From: a bacterium
GTDB lineage: Bacteria > Patescibacteriota > Patescibacteriia > UBA2196 > GWA2-42-15
DNA: 48,620 bases
Assembly: GCA_035388025.1 (NCBI GenBank)
Contig: DAOOPA010000001.1
Location: forward strand, 1 to 48,620
Direction: 5' to 3'
In this document: positions 1 through 7,706 of the stretch, in pieces
Layout of the letters: the number at the start of each line of letters is the position of its first letter
How positions within the stretch are numbered: position 1 is the stretch's first letter
Position numbers and translations under genes: made by a program
The notes under the pieces: model-generated
Told to the model about the DNA's origin: nothing
The model's input: the letters and a program-made list of their open reading frames with translations, nothing else
The model's database searches: none

Positions 1-110
1 TCTGGTGCTTCAAGAGAAGGGGCTACACCTGTTCCCATCCCGAACACAGAAGTTAAGCCCTTCATCGCCGATGATAGTCTTTATTGGCGAAAGTAGGCCA
101 GCGCCAGAAC
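1..110 (+). rRNA. rrf: 5S ribosomal RNA (5' end at or just before the window start)
   Basis: Contains the conserved 5S string CCCATCCCGAACACAGAAGTTAAGCCC. The 5' TCTGGTGCT pairs with AGCGCCAGA (100-108) to close helix I, with one G-U pair. Confidence 0.85.
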
Positions 111-237
111 AATGCCACTCTTTTTTGATATCTACAAATTACGAATCAGTTACGAATATACAAATATAGGTTTAAATCTATTTGACCAAAATAGCCGAGT
201 GATTTAGAATTAGGGCATATTAATTAAAGTAAAAAAT

Positions 238-528
238 ATGAGCGATTTTGAGAAACCATCTAGAGAAGAATTGGTTAGAGAGCAAATAATAAAATTTGTA
301 AAAGAAGATGGCGGAATAGGGGCAAATTTACAACTAGAGGGTGTTGATTTAGATACATTAGGATTAGTGGCAGGGGTGGGCGTGAATATTGGACAAGATT
401 CAAAATGTAAGGTTATTTTTAGAATGATGAGTGAGTTACCGGACGGATTGAAGAATAAAATAGAAGAGGCTGTGCAAACTGAATTAAAGCAGAAGGAAAA
501 TTTGGTGGCAGAAGTAACGTTTGAGTAA
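238..528 (+). CDS. hypothetical small protein (96 aa)
   Basis: ORF in the track, followed directly by a hairpin terminator at 541-570. I recognise no family. Confidence 0.5.
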   Translation: MSDFEKPSREELVREQIIKFVKEDGGIGANLQLEGVDLDTLGLVAGVGVNIGQDSKCKVIFRMMSELPDGLKNKIEEAVQTELKQKENLVAEVTFE

Positions 529-540
529 AAGCAATAATCA

Positions 541-570
541 AAAAACTCGGCTGAAGGGTCGAGTTTTTTG
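541..570. terminator. bidirectional intrinsic terminator
   Basis: AAAAACTCG (541-549) pairs with CGAGTTTTT (560-568). An A-run and a T-run flank the hairpin, which lies between convergent ORFs. Confidence 0.7.
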
Positions 571-626
571 GGTGGGAGCAAATAAATATTCAGATTCAAC
601 CCAGAGGGTTGAATCAATATCGGGAA

Positions 627-1109
627 TTAGATTTCTCCGCCGGAAAGGGTAAAGATAAAGAGGACAAGGCCAACTAAAATTATGGCATAATAATAGAGCC
701 ACGATTGTTTGGCGCGATAAAGATAATATAGAGCGCAAAGACAAAGCAGGCCGCCGAGGATATAACTGATTAGCGGCCAGCGATATAAAAATAGGCCCAG
801 CGTCACTAGGGTAGTGGCGGTTGGCACGGTCAGATAGGTGGCTTTGAAGAGAGGCCGGAGTTTGGACCTTAAAACAAACCAAGAAATAATGAGAATAACA
901 ACGGCAAAGGAAGCGTGCATCGATGGTGGTAGCCAGCGCAGATTTAGTTCGGGATTGAGGGGAATAAAACGGCTGATAATAAATCTTAAAACCCCTTGGT
1001 AAACGGCATCAAAAAGGAAGGTGAGATTTAAGAGGATAAAACCAAAAACGGCCACGGATAGGGCGGAGAGGATATTTTTTATGAGAGGGTTTTGGAGGAG
1101 ATTCTTCAT
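627..1109 (-). CDS. hypothetical integral membrane protein (160 aa)
   Basis: Several hydrophobic helices run through the translation. It is preferred over the overlapping 538..882 ORF. Confidence 0.55.
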   Translation of the reverse strand: MKNLLQNPLIKNILSALSVAVFGFILLNLTFLFDAVYQGVLRFIISRFIPLNPELNLRWLPPSMHASFAVVILIISWFVLRSKLRPLFKATYLTVPTATTLVTLGLFLYRWPLISYILGGLLCLCALYYLYRAKQSWLYYYAIILVGLVLFIFTLSGGEI

Positions 1110-1206
1110 AAATTTTTTGGGATTGTTGGAGGACCGAGTTTTTTGATGGAAGTTATGGGCGTGGGAGTCTTCTGGTGGGAGACTTCGACGGGTGTTAGAT
1201 GCTGTT

Positions 1207-1701
1207 TTAATTTTTTATCTGATCAACCGTCCATTTTATACATTTAAATGCCAATTTATTTGTGGGGATGTTATTTATTTTAAACCAGTGAAAATCTTCC
1301 GCATCATCATTTGCTTTGACTTGGGCGTTTCTAACCTGTGTTTTATAAGCTAGAACGACGGTAGGATATTTATCACCCTTGTAGGGATAGACGTCGGTTG
1401 TCGAACCAAGATATTTTATATTATGGACCTTCAAGTTTGTTTCTTCATACAATTCTCTCATAGCAGCTTTTTCACAGTTCTCATACAGTTCCATAAAACC
1501 ACCCGGTAGATCCCATTTGCCTTTAGCGGGACTAATTTTTCTTTTTACAAAAAGTATCTCATCGGTTTCGTTTTGGACGATAATCATATTGCACGGTCGT
1601 GGATTAAGCCAGAATTCATAGGAACATTTTGCGCAAATATATAGATTTTCTTTTTGACGTTTTAATCGGCCACCACACTTGGGGCAGAATCTGTAAGGCA
1701 T
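1207..1701 (-). CDS. NUDIX hydrolase with N-terminal zinc ribbon
   Basis: N-terminal CPKCGG...CAKC zinc ribbon. Nudix box GGFMELYENCEKAAMRELYEETNL. Confidence 0.85.
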   Translation of the reverse strand: MPYRFCPKCGGRLKRQKENLYICAKCSYEFWLNPRPCNMIIVQNETDEILFVKRKISPAKGKWDLPGGFMELYENCEKAAMRELYEETNLKVHNIKYLGSTTDVYPYKGDKYPTVVLAYKTQVRNAQVKANDDAEDFHWFKINNIPTNKLAFKCIKWTVDQIKN

Positions 1702-1719
1702 AATTTATTTTTAGAATTA

Positions 1720-3312
1720 TTATTTGAGTTGATTCTCTTCAAATACTTGTGCTTCAAAGGTGTAGATGTCGGTAGAATCGTTGAGCCAACAATCTTTGGG
1801 AAGACCGGCTTTGTCGGTACAGAGATGAGACATGAATTCTTCCAGTCTCCAGCTGGTTTCCTCGGCGACTTGGGGGAGAAAGACACCAGAGCGGGAACCT
1901 TGTTTGACGATGACACCGTGGTGGCCAAGCTGGATTTCTTTTTGGGGGTCGGAGATTTTTTGCGGAGGAGTCAGAACAGAAATTTCAATAGCGATATCTT
2001 TTAGCTCGCTTTTCTCTAAAGAAAGAAAACGCGGATCTTCAAAGGCGGCGGCTTCGGACATTTCTATAATGCCTTCACCTAATTCTTTGATTGGTTCAAT
2101 TAAGCCAATACAACCACGAAGCTCTTCGCCTTTTCTCAAAGTGACAAAGATGCCACGCTTTTCGGAAAAAATAGAGTATTTTTTATAATCTTCGTTTTTG
2201 TTTTTGGTGAGGTTAAAAGCAAGTTCTAGGGTGTTGCGGGCAAGGGCAAGGGCGGAGGTTTGCTCAATCTCGGTTAGAAAAATACCACGATACCCCTCTG
2301 TCCCGCTCGAGCGGGACACCTCCCCTAAATTAGGGGAGGACAAAGAAGCGAAGACAATAGCGCCGTAGCCGACAACTTTATTTTTATCACCATAATTGGG
2401 AGTGTCACCGGAATTGGAATAGTGAAGTTTTTGGCCAGTGAGATTGAGTTGATTGGCAACGATGAGGCCGACTTTGATAGCCGATGAACCACAGGCACAG
2501 GTATCCAGGCTTGATCTATTTTCGTCAAGAATAGAATCAAAAGTATTATCAAAATTATTAATATCTTTGGTTAGAATAGAATCAATGATTTTGGTGTCGG
2601 AGTAAATAGCGTCAGCGTAACTCGGATAGTGAGAAAGATCAGAGCTGATCACCAGTAATATTTTTTGAGCAGGGAAAAGTTTGGCGAGAGCGGTAGCAAT
2701 TGATTTAAGAATTTCATTGTTGTCACTATTAATTAACCCCAAGACTATTTGCCAGCCAGGAGCGAGAGTCTGCTGAAGAAAAGGAATTTGGACTTCTAGC
2801 GAGTGTTCCGGCTCGTGGATTTTATTATCAATTGAAATATTTTTATTATGAGCAACCAGTTCGGCGACAAGATTTTTATTAACAGGCACTCTACCGAGGG
2901 GAGTAGAGACAGCATCGCCGTCGTAAAGAGCCAGGCCAGTAACCGGATAGTTATGGCTAGAGCCAAGAATGATGACCGTGTCGTAAGATTTACCATCAAC
3001 GGTTTTAAAAGCGTAAGCGGCAGTTGGCCCAGAAAAAACATAGCCGGCATGGGGGACAATTAAGATTTGGGGTTCGCCGGGAATCGTGGTCGTAGCATTG
3101 GTGAGAAATTCTTCAACTATCGAGGACAATTCATTTTTATCAGCAGGGTAGAATTGTCCGACGACGGCCGGCTGGCGAATGATTTTTTGGGGATTATTCA
3201 TATTGGTGGTAGTTAGCGAGGAATAATTTGAGGGCTGTTTGGGGAAGACCAAAATTAGGGTGATGGTAGTAAGAGTAAGAAAAATGGCGAATAGAGTTAG
3301 TGGCTTTTTCAT
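1720..3312 (-). CDS. fused Memo-like (AmmeMemoRadiSam protein B) / AMMECR1 (protein A) protein with N-terminal membrane anchor
   Basis: N-terminal hydrophobic helix. The Memo part has QPAVVGQFYP...ILIVPHAGYVFSGPTAAYAF...SSDLSHY. The C-terminal AMMECR1 part has RGIFVTLRKGEELRGCIGLIEP...HGVIVKQGSRSGVFLPQV. Confidence 0.8.
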   Translation of the reverse strand: MKKPLTLFAIFLTLTTITLILVFPKQPSNYSSLTTTNMNNPQKIIRQPAVVGQFYPADKNELSSIVEEFLTNATTTIPGEPQILIVPHAGYVFSGPTAAYAFKTVDGKSYDTVIILGSSHNYPVTGLALYDGDAVSTPLGRVPVNKNLVAELVAHNKNISIDNKIHEPEHSLEVQIPFLQQTLAPGWQIVLGLINSDNNEILKSIATALAKLFPAQKILLVISSDLSHYPSYADAIYSDTKIIDSILTKDINNFDNTFDSILDENRSSLDTCACGSSAIKVGLIVANQLNLTGQKLHYSNSGDTPNYGDKNKVVGYGAIVFASLSSPNLGEVSRSSGTEGYRGIFLTEIEQTSALALARNTLELAFNLTKNKNEDYKKYSIFSEKRGIFVTLRKGEELRGCIGLIEPIKELGEGIIEMSEAAAFEDPRFLSLEKSELKDIAIEISVLTPPQKISDPQKEIQLGHHGVIVKQGSRSGVFLPQVAEETSWRLEEFMSHLCTDKAGLPKDCWLNDSTDIYTFEAQVFEENQLK

Positions 3313-3377
3313 AAGGATATTTTAGCACTTAAAACCTGATTTGTTTATTTTTTTTAGCGTGGTAAACTAAAGATATT

Positions 3378-4685
3378 ATGAGAATAATTGCGGATCTACA
3401 TATTCATTCTAGGTTTTCGCGAGCTTGTTCGCGGGATTTGGTTTTGGAAAAAATTGATGAGACGTGCCGAGCAAAGGGTGTGAACGTGATCGGGACGGGA
3501 GATTTTACTCATCCAGAATGGTTTAAAGAGATGAAAGAGAGGTTGGTGGAGAAGAAAAGGGGGCTTTATGTTATTAAATCACAAGTTCCAAATCCAAAAT
3601 TCAAAATAAATTCCAAATTACAAATTTCAAACTTAGAACAAACAAGATTTATTTGCTCGGCGGAGATAGCGTGCATTTATTCTAAAGGCGGGAAATGTCG
3701 GCGGTTGCATGTGGTGATTTTGGCACCTGGTTTGGAAGCGGTGGAAAAGATAAATAAGGAATTAGGCAAGATAGGAAATTTAAAAGCTGATGGCCGACCG
3801 ATTTTGGGTTTGGATGTGGAGAGATTAGCGGAAATTGTTTTCGGCGTGGATGAGCGGTGCGCGGTGATACCGGCGCATATTTGGACGCCGTGGTTTGCAA
3901 TGTTTGGTTCAAAATCTGGTTTTGATAGTGTGGAGGAATGCTGGGGCAAGATGGCTGACAAAATTTTTGCCATTGAAACAGGGCTATCTAGTGACCCGGA
4001 GATGAATTGGCGGGTGAAAAATTTGGATCGGATGAGCATTATTTCCAATTCTGACGCGCACTCGTTGCCCAATATTGGGCGTGAGGCAAATGTATTTGAA
4101 ATCGAGAAAAATAAGTTGAGTTACGACGAGATAATTGAGGTGATAAAAAATAAAGATCCAAAAAATTTTTTGTACGCAATTGAGTTTTATCCAGAAGAGG
4201 GGATGTATCATTTTGATGGACATCGGACGTGCGGTATCAGCATGACACCGAAAGAATCACAATATAATAAAAATATTTGTCCTAAGTGCAAAAAGAATTT
4301 AACAATTGGGGTTTTGAATCGCGTGGAAGAATTGGCTGAGCGTGATCGCAAAGAGGGGTATGTGGATAAATCAAGAATTCCATTTATAAAATTGGTGGAG
4401 CTAGATAAAGTAATCGCCGAAAGTTTGGGGGTGAAATCTCGGAGTGCAAAACAGGTACAGAGCGAATATGATCGTTTGATAAAAAGTTTTGGCAGCGAGT
4501 TTGATATTTTATTAAAAATAAAAACAGAGAAGATCGCGGAAAGTGGTTGGCTGAAGATCGCAGAAGGAATTCAAAGAGTCAGAGAGGGAAGAGTAAATAT
4601 TCAGCCAGGATTTGACGGGCAATATGGAGAGATAAAAATTTTTAATGAGCAAAAAAACTTAAAGCAACAACTAAATTTATTTTAG
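3378..4685 (+). CDS. PHP-domain protein of the endonuclease Q / TIGR00375 type
   Basis: N-terminus MRIIADLHIHSRFSRACS is a PHP metal site. Also present are SNSDAHS and a CPKCKKNLTIGVLNRVEELA zinc-finger segment. It carries a low-complexity insert at 3581-3635. Confidence 0.6.
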   Translation: MRIIADLHIHSRFSRACSRDLVLEKIDETCRAKGVNVIGTGDFTHPEWFKEMKERLVEKKRGLYVIKSQVPNPKFKINSKLQISNLEQTRFICSAEIACIYSKGGKCRRLHVVILAPGLEAVEKINKELGKIGNLKADGRPILGLDVERLAEIVFGVDERCAVIPAHIWTPWFAMFGSKSGFDSVEECWGKMADKIFAIETGLSSDPEMNWRVKNLDRMSIISNSDAHSLPNIGREANVFEIEKNKLSYDEIIEVIKNKDPKNFLYAIEFYPEEGMYHFDGHRTCGISMTPKESQYNKNICPKCKKNLTIGVLNRVEELAERDRKEGYVDKSRIPFIKLVELDKVIAESLGVKSRSAKQVQSEYDRLIKSFGSEFDILLKIKTEKIAESGWLKIAEGIQRVREGRVNIQPGFDGQYGEIKIFNEQKNLKQQLNLF

Positions 4686-4705
4686 AAAAATGGTTTTTAA
4701 ATGTC

Positions 4706-4736
4706 AAAAAAATCCCTAATGTTAGGGATTTTTTTG
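4706..4736. terminator. bidirectional intrinsic terminator
   Basis: AATCCCTA (4711-4718) pairs with TAGGGATT (4723-4730), with A- and T-runs on either side. Confidence 0.7.
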
Positions 4737-4767
4737 TCTCTAGAAAATCTTTCAAAAGATTTTTAGA

Positions 4768-4848
4768 TTATCTCTTTTTGCTCTTCTTGGCTGGTTTCTT
4801 TTTTGCAACTTTCTTGACTGTCTTTTTGGCTTTCTTCTTGGCTGCCAT
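4768..4848 (-). CDS. candidate micro-ORF: 26-aa lysine-rich peptide MAAKKKAKKTVKKVAKKKPAKKSKKR
   Basis: Hand translation of the minus strand. The ATG at 4848 is preceded by AAAGGGGGTGATCACC (SD-like), the TAA is at 4768-4770, and terminator hairpins lie downstream. It is too short for the ORF track. Confidence 0.35.
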   Translation of the reverse strand: MAAKKKAKKTVKKVAKKKPAKKSKKR

Positions 4849-5381
4849 GGTGATCACCCCCTTTCTTTTGTAGAATAACCTTTCGCATGTGACGATTGAG
4901 AAAACTCAATCAACGACGAGCATGGGAAAGGAGTCTAATTTATAAAATTTACAAAAATATATTTTCAGCGAGATAAAAAATATTTTTTTGTAAATTTTTT
5001 GAGAGAAAAAGTTATCCACAATGATCTTGATATATTAATTATAAAATTATTTTGTCAAAATGTAAATAGATAAAGAGATAAAAATAAAAAATATTTGCGA
5101 TTTAACATCGGGATGATAATTTTTTAACTGTACTTGAAGGTGAGAAAATAAAAATATATTTTTGGCACCATAGATTGATAAAAATAAAAATATCGGTTGG
5201 TGTCGATATTGAAATAATAAGATATCTGTAGCAACTCTGAATTTTTTAATGGTCTCAAGATAATATTGTTGTCTTAAGGTATTTTATTTTGTGACCGATG
5301 GGTGGTGTGAGATTCAAACTGTTTAAAAAATAATGCCGTTATTTTCTTACTATTGTGTTTGGTTCCGCCTGCCATCGCCAT

Positions 5382-5454
5382 TGGACCGTACCGGATTCGA
5401 ACCGGTCACCCCTGCCTTGCAAAGGCAGTGCTCTACCAAATGAGCTAACGGCCC
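5382..5454 (-). tRNA. tRNA-Ala (anticodon UGC)
   Basis: Cloverleaf GGGCCGTTAGCTCATTTGGTAGAGC...CTGCC-TTTGCAA-GGCAG...GGTTCGAATCC. The G3:U70 alanine identity pair is present and no CCA is encoded. Confidence 0.9.
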
Positions 5455-5506
5455 GATGGCTATGGCGGGCGGGTCTAATCAATTGAGTTGACGGTCTATG
5501 AAATTA

Positions 5507-5755
5507 TTATTTCAAACCACCGGCCATGCGGCCGAAGATGGAGATGAGAAGTACTTCACCAATGCCGCTAATAGTCAAAAAAGAAATTATAATAATAGTA
5601 ATACCAATTAGTTTCCACATCAGGCGGGTGCCACCATAAGTGCCTAGGTAATGCTCGGCTGTTTCGTTACTACCGAAATTTTCCATCAGATAATTACTGT
5701 AGCGAACGAGTAAGAAGCCGACGATGATGGCTAGAAAGCTAAAGAAGTATTTCAT
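5507..5755 (-). CDS. hypothetical small membrane protein (82 aa)
   Basis: Two hydrophobic helices. It is an isolated ORF between tRNA genes. Confidence 0.45.
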   Translation of the reverse strand: MKYFFSFLAIIVGFLLVRYSNYLMENFGSNETAEHYLGTYGGTRLMWKLIGITIIIISFLTISGIGEVLLISIFGRMAGGLK

Positions 5756-5930
5756 AGAGGTATTTTAAAATATTTTTATTTAAGCCGGACTTGGTTTTTT
5801 GATAGATTGGTTATTGCGGTGGTGGCTGGTAAAAAATTTGAAAGTTTAATCAGTATATGACTCGCGCGGTGATGAACCCTGGATAAAAATCGATTGGTGG
5901 ATATGCGGGGTTCGAACCCCCCGCTTCATA

Positions 5931-6004
5931 TGGGTTTGACAGGTCTCGAACCTGTGACCTCCTCGGTGTAAACGAGGCGCTCTAACCAACTGAGCTACAA
6001 ACCC
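5931..6004 (-). tRNA. tRNA-Val (anticodon UAC)
   Basis: GGGTTTGTAGCTCAGTTGGTTAGAGC, then anticodon arm CCTCG-TTTACAC-CGAGG, then T arm ACAGGTTCGAGACCTGT. Confidence 0.9.
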
Positions 6005-6191
6005 ATATGGGGCGGGGCAGGCCTACTGACCTGTCCGATGTGCTCCCCGCTAGTCACTCAATGATAGCTTGCTGGCGTTGCGGGCAGGCAACCAAATGAC
6101 ATTGTATTAATATTGGTAGTTGCTGTTGTCATTCAATTATAATGCATGATTAATTATTAGGACAAAAAGTGTATAGTATTAATTGATTGAT

Positions 6192-6266
6192 TGGTAGTCC
6201 CTAGGGGAATCGAACCCCTGTTTTCAGGATGAAAACCTGATGTCCTAACCGTTAGACGAAGGGACC
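6192..6266 (-). tRNA. tRNA-Glu (anticodon UUC), CCA encoded
   Basis: GTCCCTTCGTCTAACGGTTAGGAC, then anticodon arm TCAGG-TTTTCAT-CCTGA, then GGGGTTCGATTCCCC and ACCA. Confidence 0.85.
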
Positions 6267-6426
6267 GAAACAAGGCAAAAGGCAAAATTCAAAAGGCAAA
6301 AGTAAGGTTTTATTTTTAAAAAATACCCCCTTGGTTTTGGGTGAATACAGAAATATGGTATCATTATCTGGACAATTTGGCAAGGTTATTTAATAATAGA
6401 TAAAATAGATTAAGATTTTGTAAAGT

Positions 6427-7572
6427 ATGAAAATTTTGGGATTAGAGACATCTTGTGATGAAACAGCCGCCGCGGTTCTAGACTTTAGAAATGGCGGTTT
6501 TTGGATACTCACAAGCGTGATAGCTTCATCTGTAGAACTGCAGGCCAAATATGGTGGAATTGTGCCGGAGGTAGCGGCGAGGAAACAGATAGAATTTATA
6601 ATGCCGGTTTTGGAACAGGGATTAAGCAAAACGCTCTTCAATGCGGCGGGCAGGCAAGAGGCAAAAATATTTGATGATATTGATTATATCGCGGTGACGA
6701 ATGGGCCGGGGTTGATCACAAGCTTGAGGGTGGGAGTGGAGGCGGCTAGAACTTTAAGTTATGTTTGGAATAAACCTTTAATCGCAGTGAATCATTTGGA
6801 GGGGCACATATATTCTGCTTTGTTGGCAGAACAGAATAAAATCCAAAATCAAAAATTTCAAAAAATGCAGGCTGTTAGGTTTCCGGCGATGGCTTTGGTG
6901 GTGTCGGGTGGACATACGGAGTTGGTTTTGATGAAGGATTATTTAGATTATAAAATAATCGGCGAGACACTGGATGACGCGATGGGCGAGGCCTTTGATA
7001 AAGTGGGCAAGATTTTGAATTTGGGCTATCCGGGCGGGCCGATAATTTCTAAGATGGCTACCGAGGGCGATAAGACAGCTTTTAATTTTCCGCGGCCGAT
7101 GCTCAAGAGTGGAGATTATAATTTTTCTTTTTCCGGACTAAAGACAGCGGTGTTATATAAACTCAAAACTCAAAACTCAAAACTCAAAATTAAGGAGAGG
7201 AAAGATTTGTGCGCGAGTTTTCAGGAAGCGTGCGTCGAAGTTTTGGTGAAAAAAATAATTAGGGCGGCGGAAGAATATAAAGTAAAGACAATATTGATCG
7301 GGGGCGGGGTGGCGGCGAATGAAAGTTTGAGGGGGAGACTGGAAATGGAAGTTGATAAAGTTAATTCAGTTAAAAAAGTTGATAAAGGGGAAAAGAAGAT
7401 ACAATTGTTAATGCCAGAACTAAAATATACCGGTGATAATGCGGTAATGATCGCTCTGGCCGGTTATTTTAAAATTAAAAATATAAAAAGACAGGAAGGT
7501 AAAAGAGGGAAGAGGCGTTTTGGTTGGCAGCAGACTAAAGCAGACCCGAATTTAGGCTTGAGACAGGATTAG
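6427..7572 (+). CDS. tsaD: tRNA N6-adenosine threonylcarbamoyltransferase TsaD (Kae1/Gcp family)
   Basis: MKILGLETSCDETAAAV, NHLEGHIYS, VSGGHTELV and GGGVAANESLR. It contains two low-complexity inserts. Confidence 0.9.
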   Translation: MKILGLETSCDETAAAVLDFRNGGFWILTSVIASSVELQAKYGGIVPEVAARKQIEFIMPVLEQGLSKTLFNAAGRQEAKIFDDIDYIAVTNGPGLITSLRVGVEAARTLSYVWNKPLIAVNHLEGHIYSALLAEQNKIQNQKFQKMQAVRFPAMALVVSGGHTELVLMKDYLDYKIIGETLDDAMGEAFDKVGKILNLGYPGGPIISKMATEGDKTAFNFPRPMLKSGDYNFSFSGLKTAVLYKLKTQNSKLKIKERKDLCASFQEACVEVLVKKIIRAAEEYKVKTILIGGGVAANESLRGRLEMEVDKVNSVKKVDKGEKKIQLLMPELKYTGDNAVMIALAGYFKIKNIKRQEGKRGKRRFGWQQTKADPNLGLRQD

Positions 7573-7706
7573 CTTTATAATATCTATATACTAGTGGTTA
7601 AGACAGATAACAACTTGGGTTAATATAAATAGTTTAGAATGGCCGAGGTTTATTTTTTGTGGTATATTAAAATAGTAAGAACCGCATCATATAAGTTAAT
7701 TTATAT

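Noticed and set aside
5012-5020. A perfect DnaA box, TTATCCACA, as evidence for oriC
   Set aside because: It is a single copy. One hit in about 97 kb of two-strand sequence is not far from chance, and no dnaA, dnaN or clustered boxes are present in the window. It is kept only as a minor note inside the AT-rich block finding.
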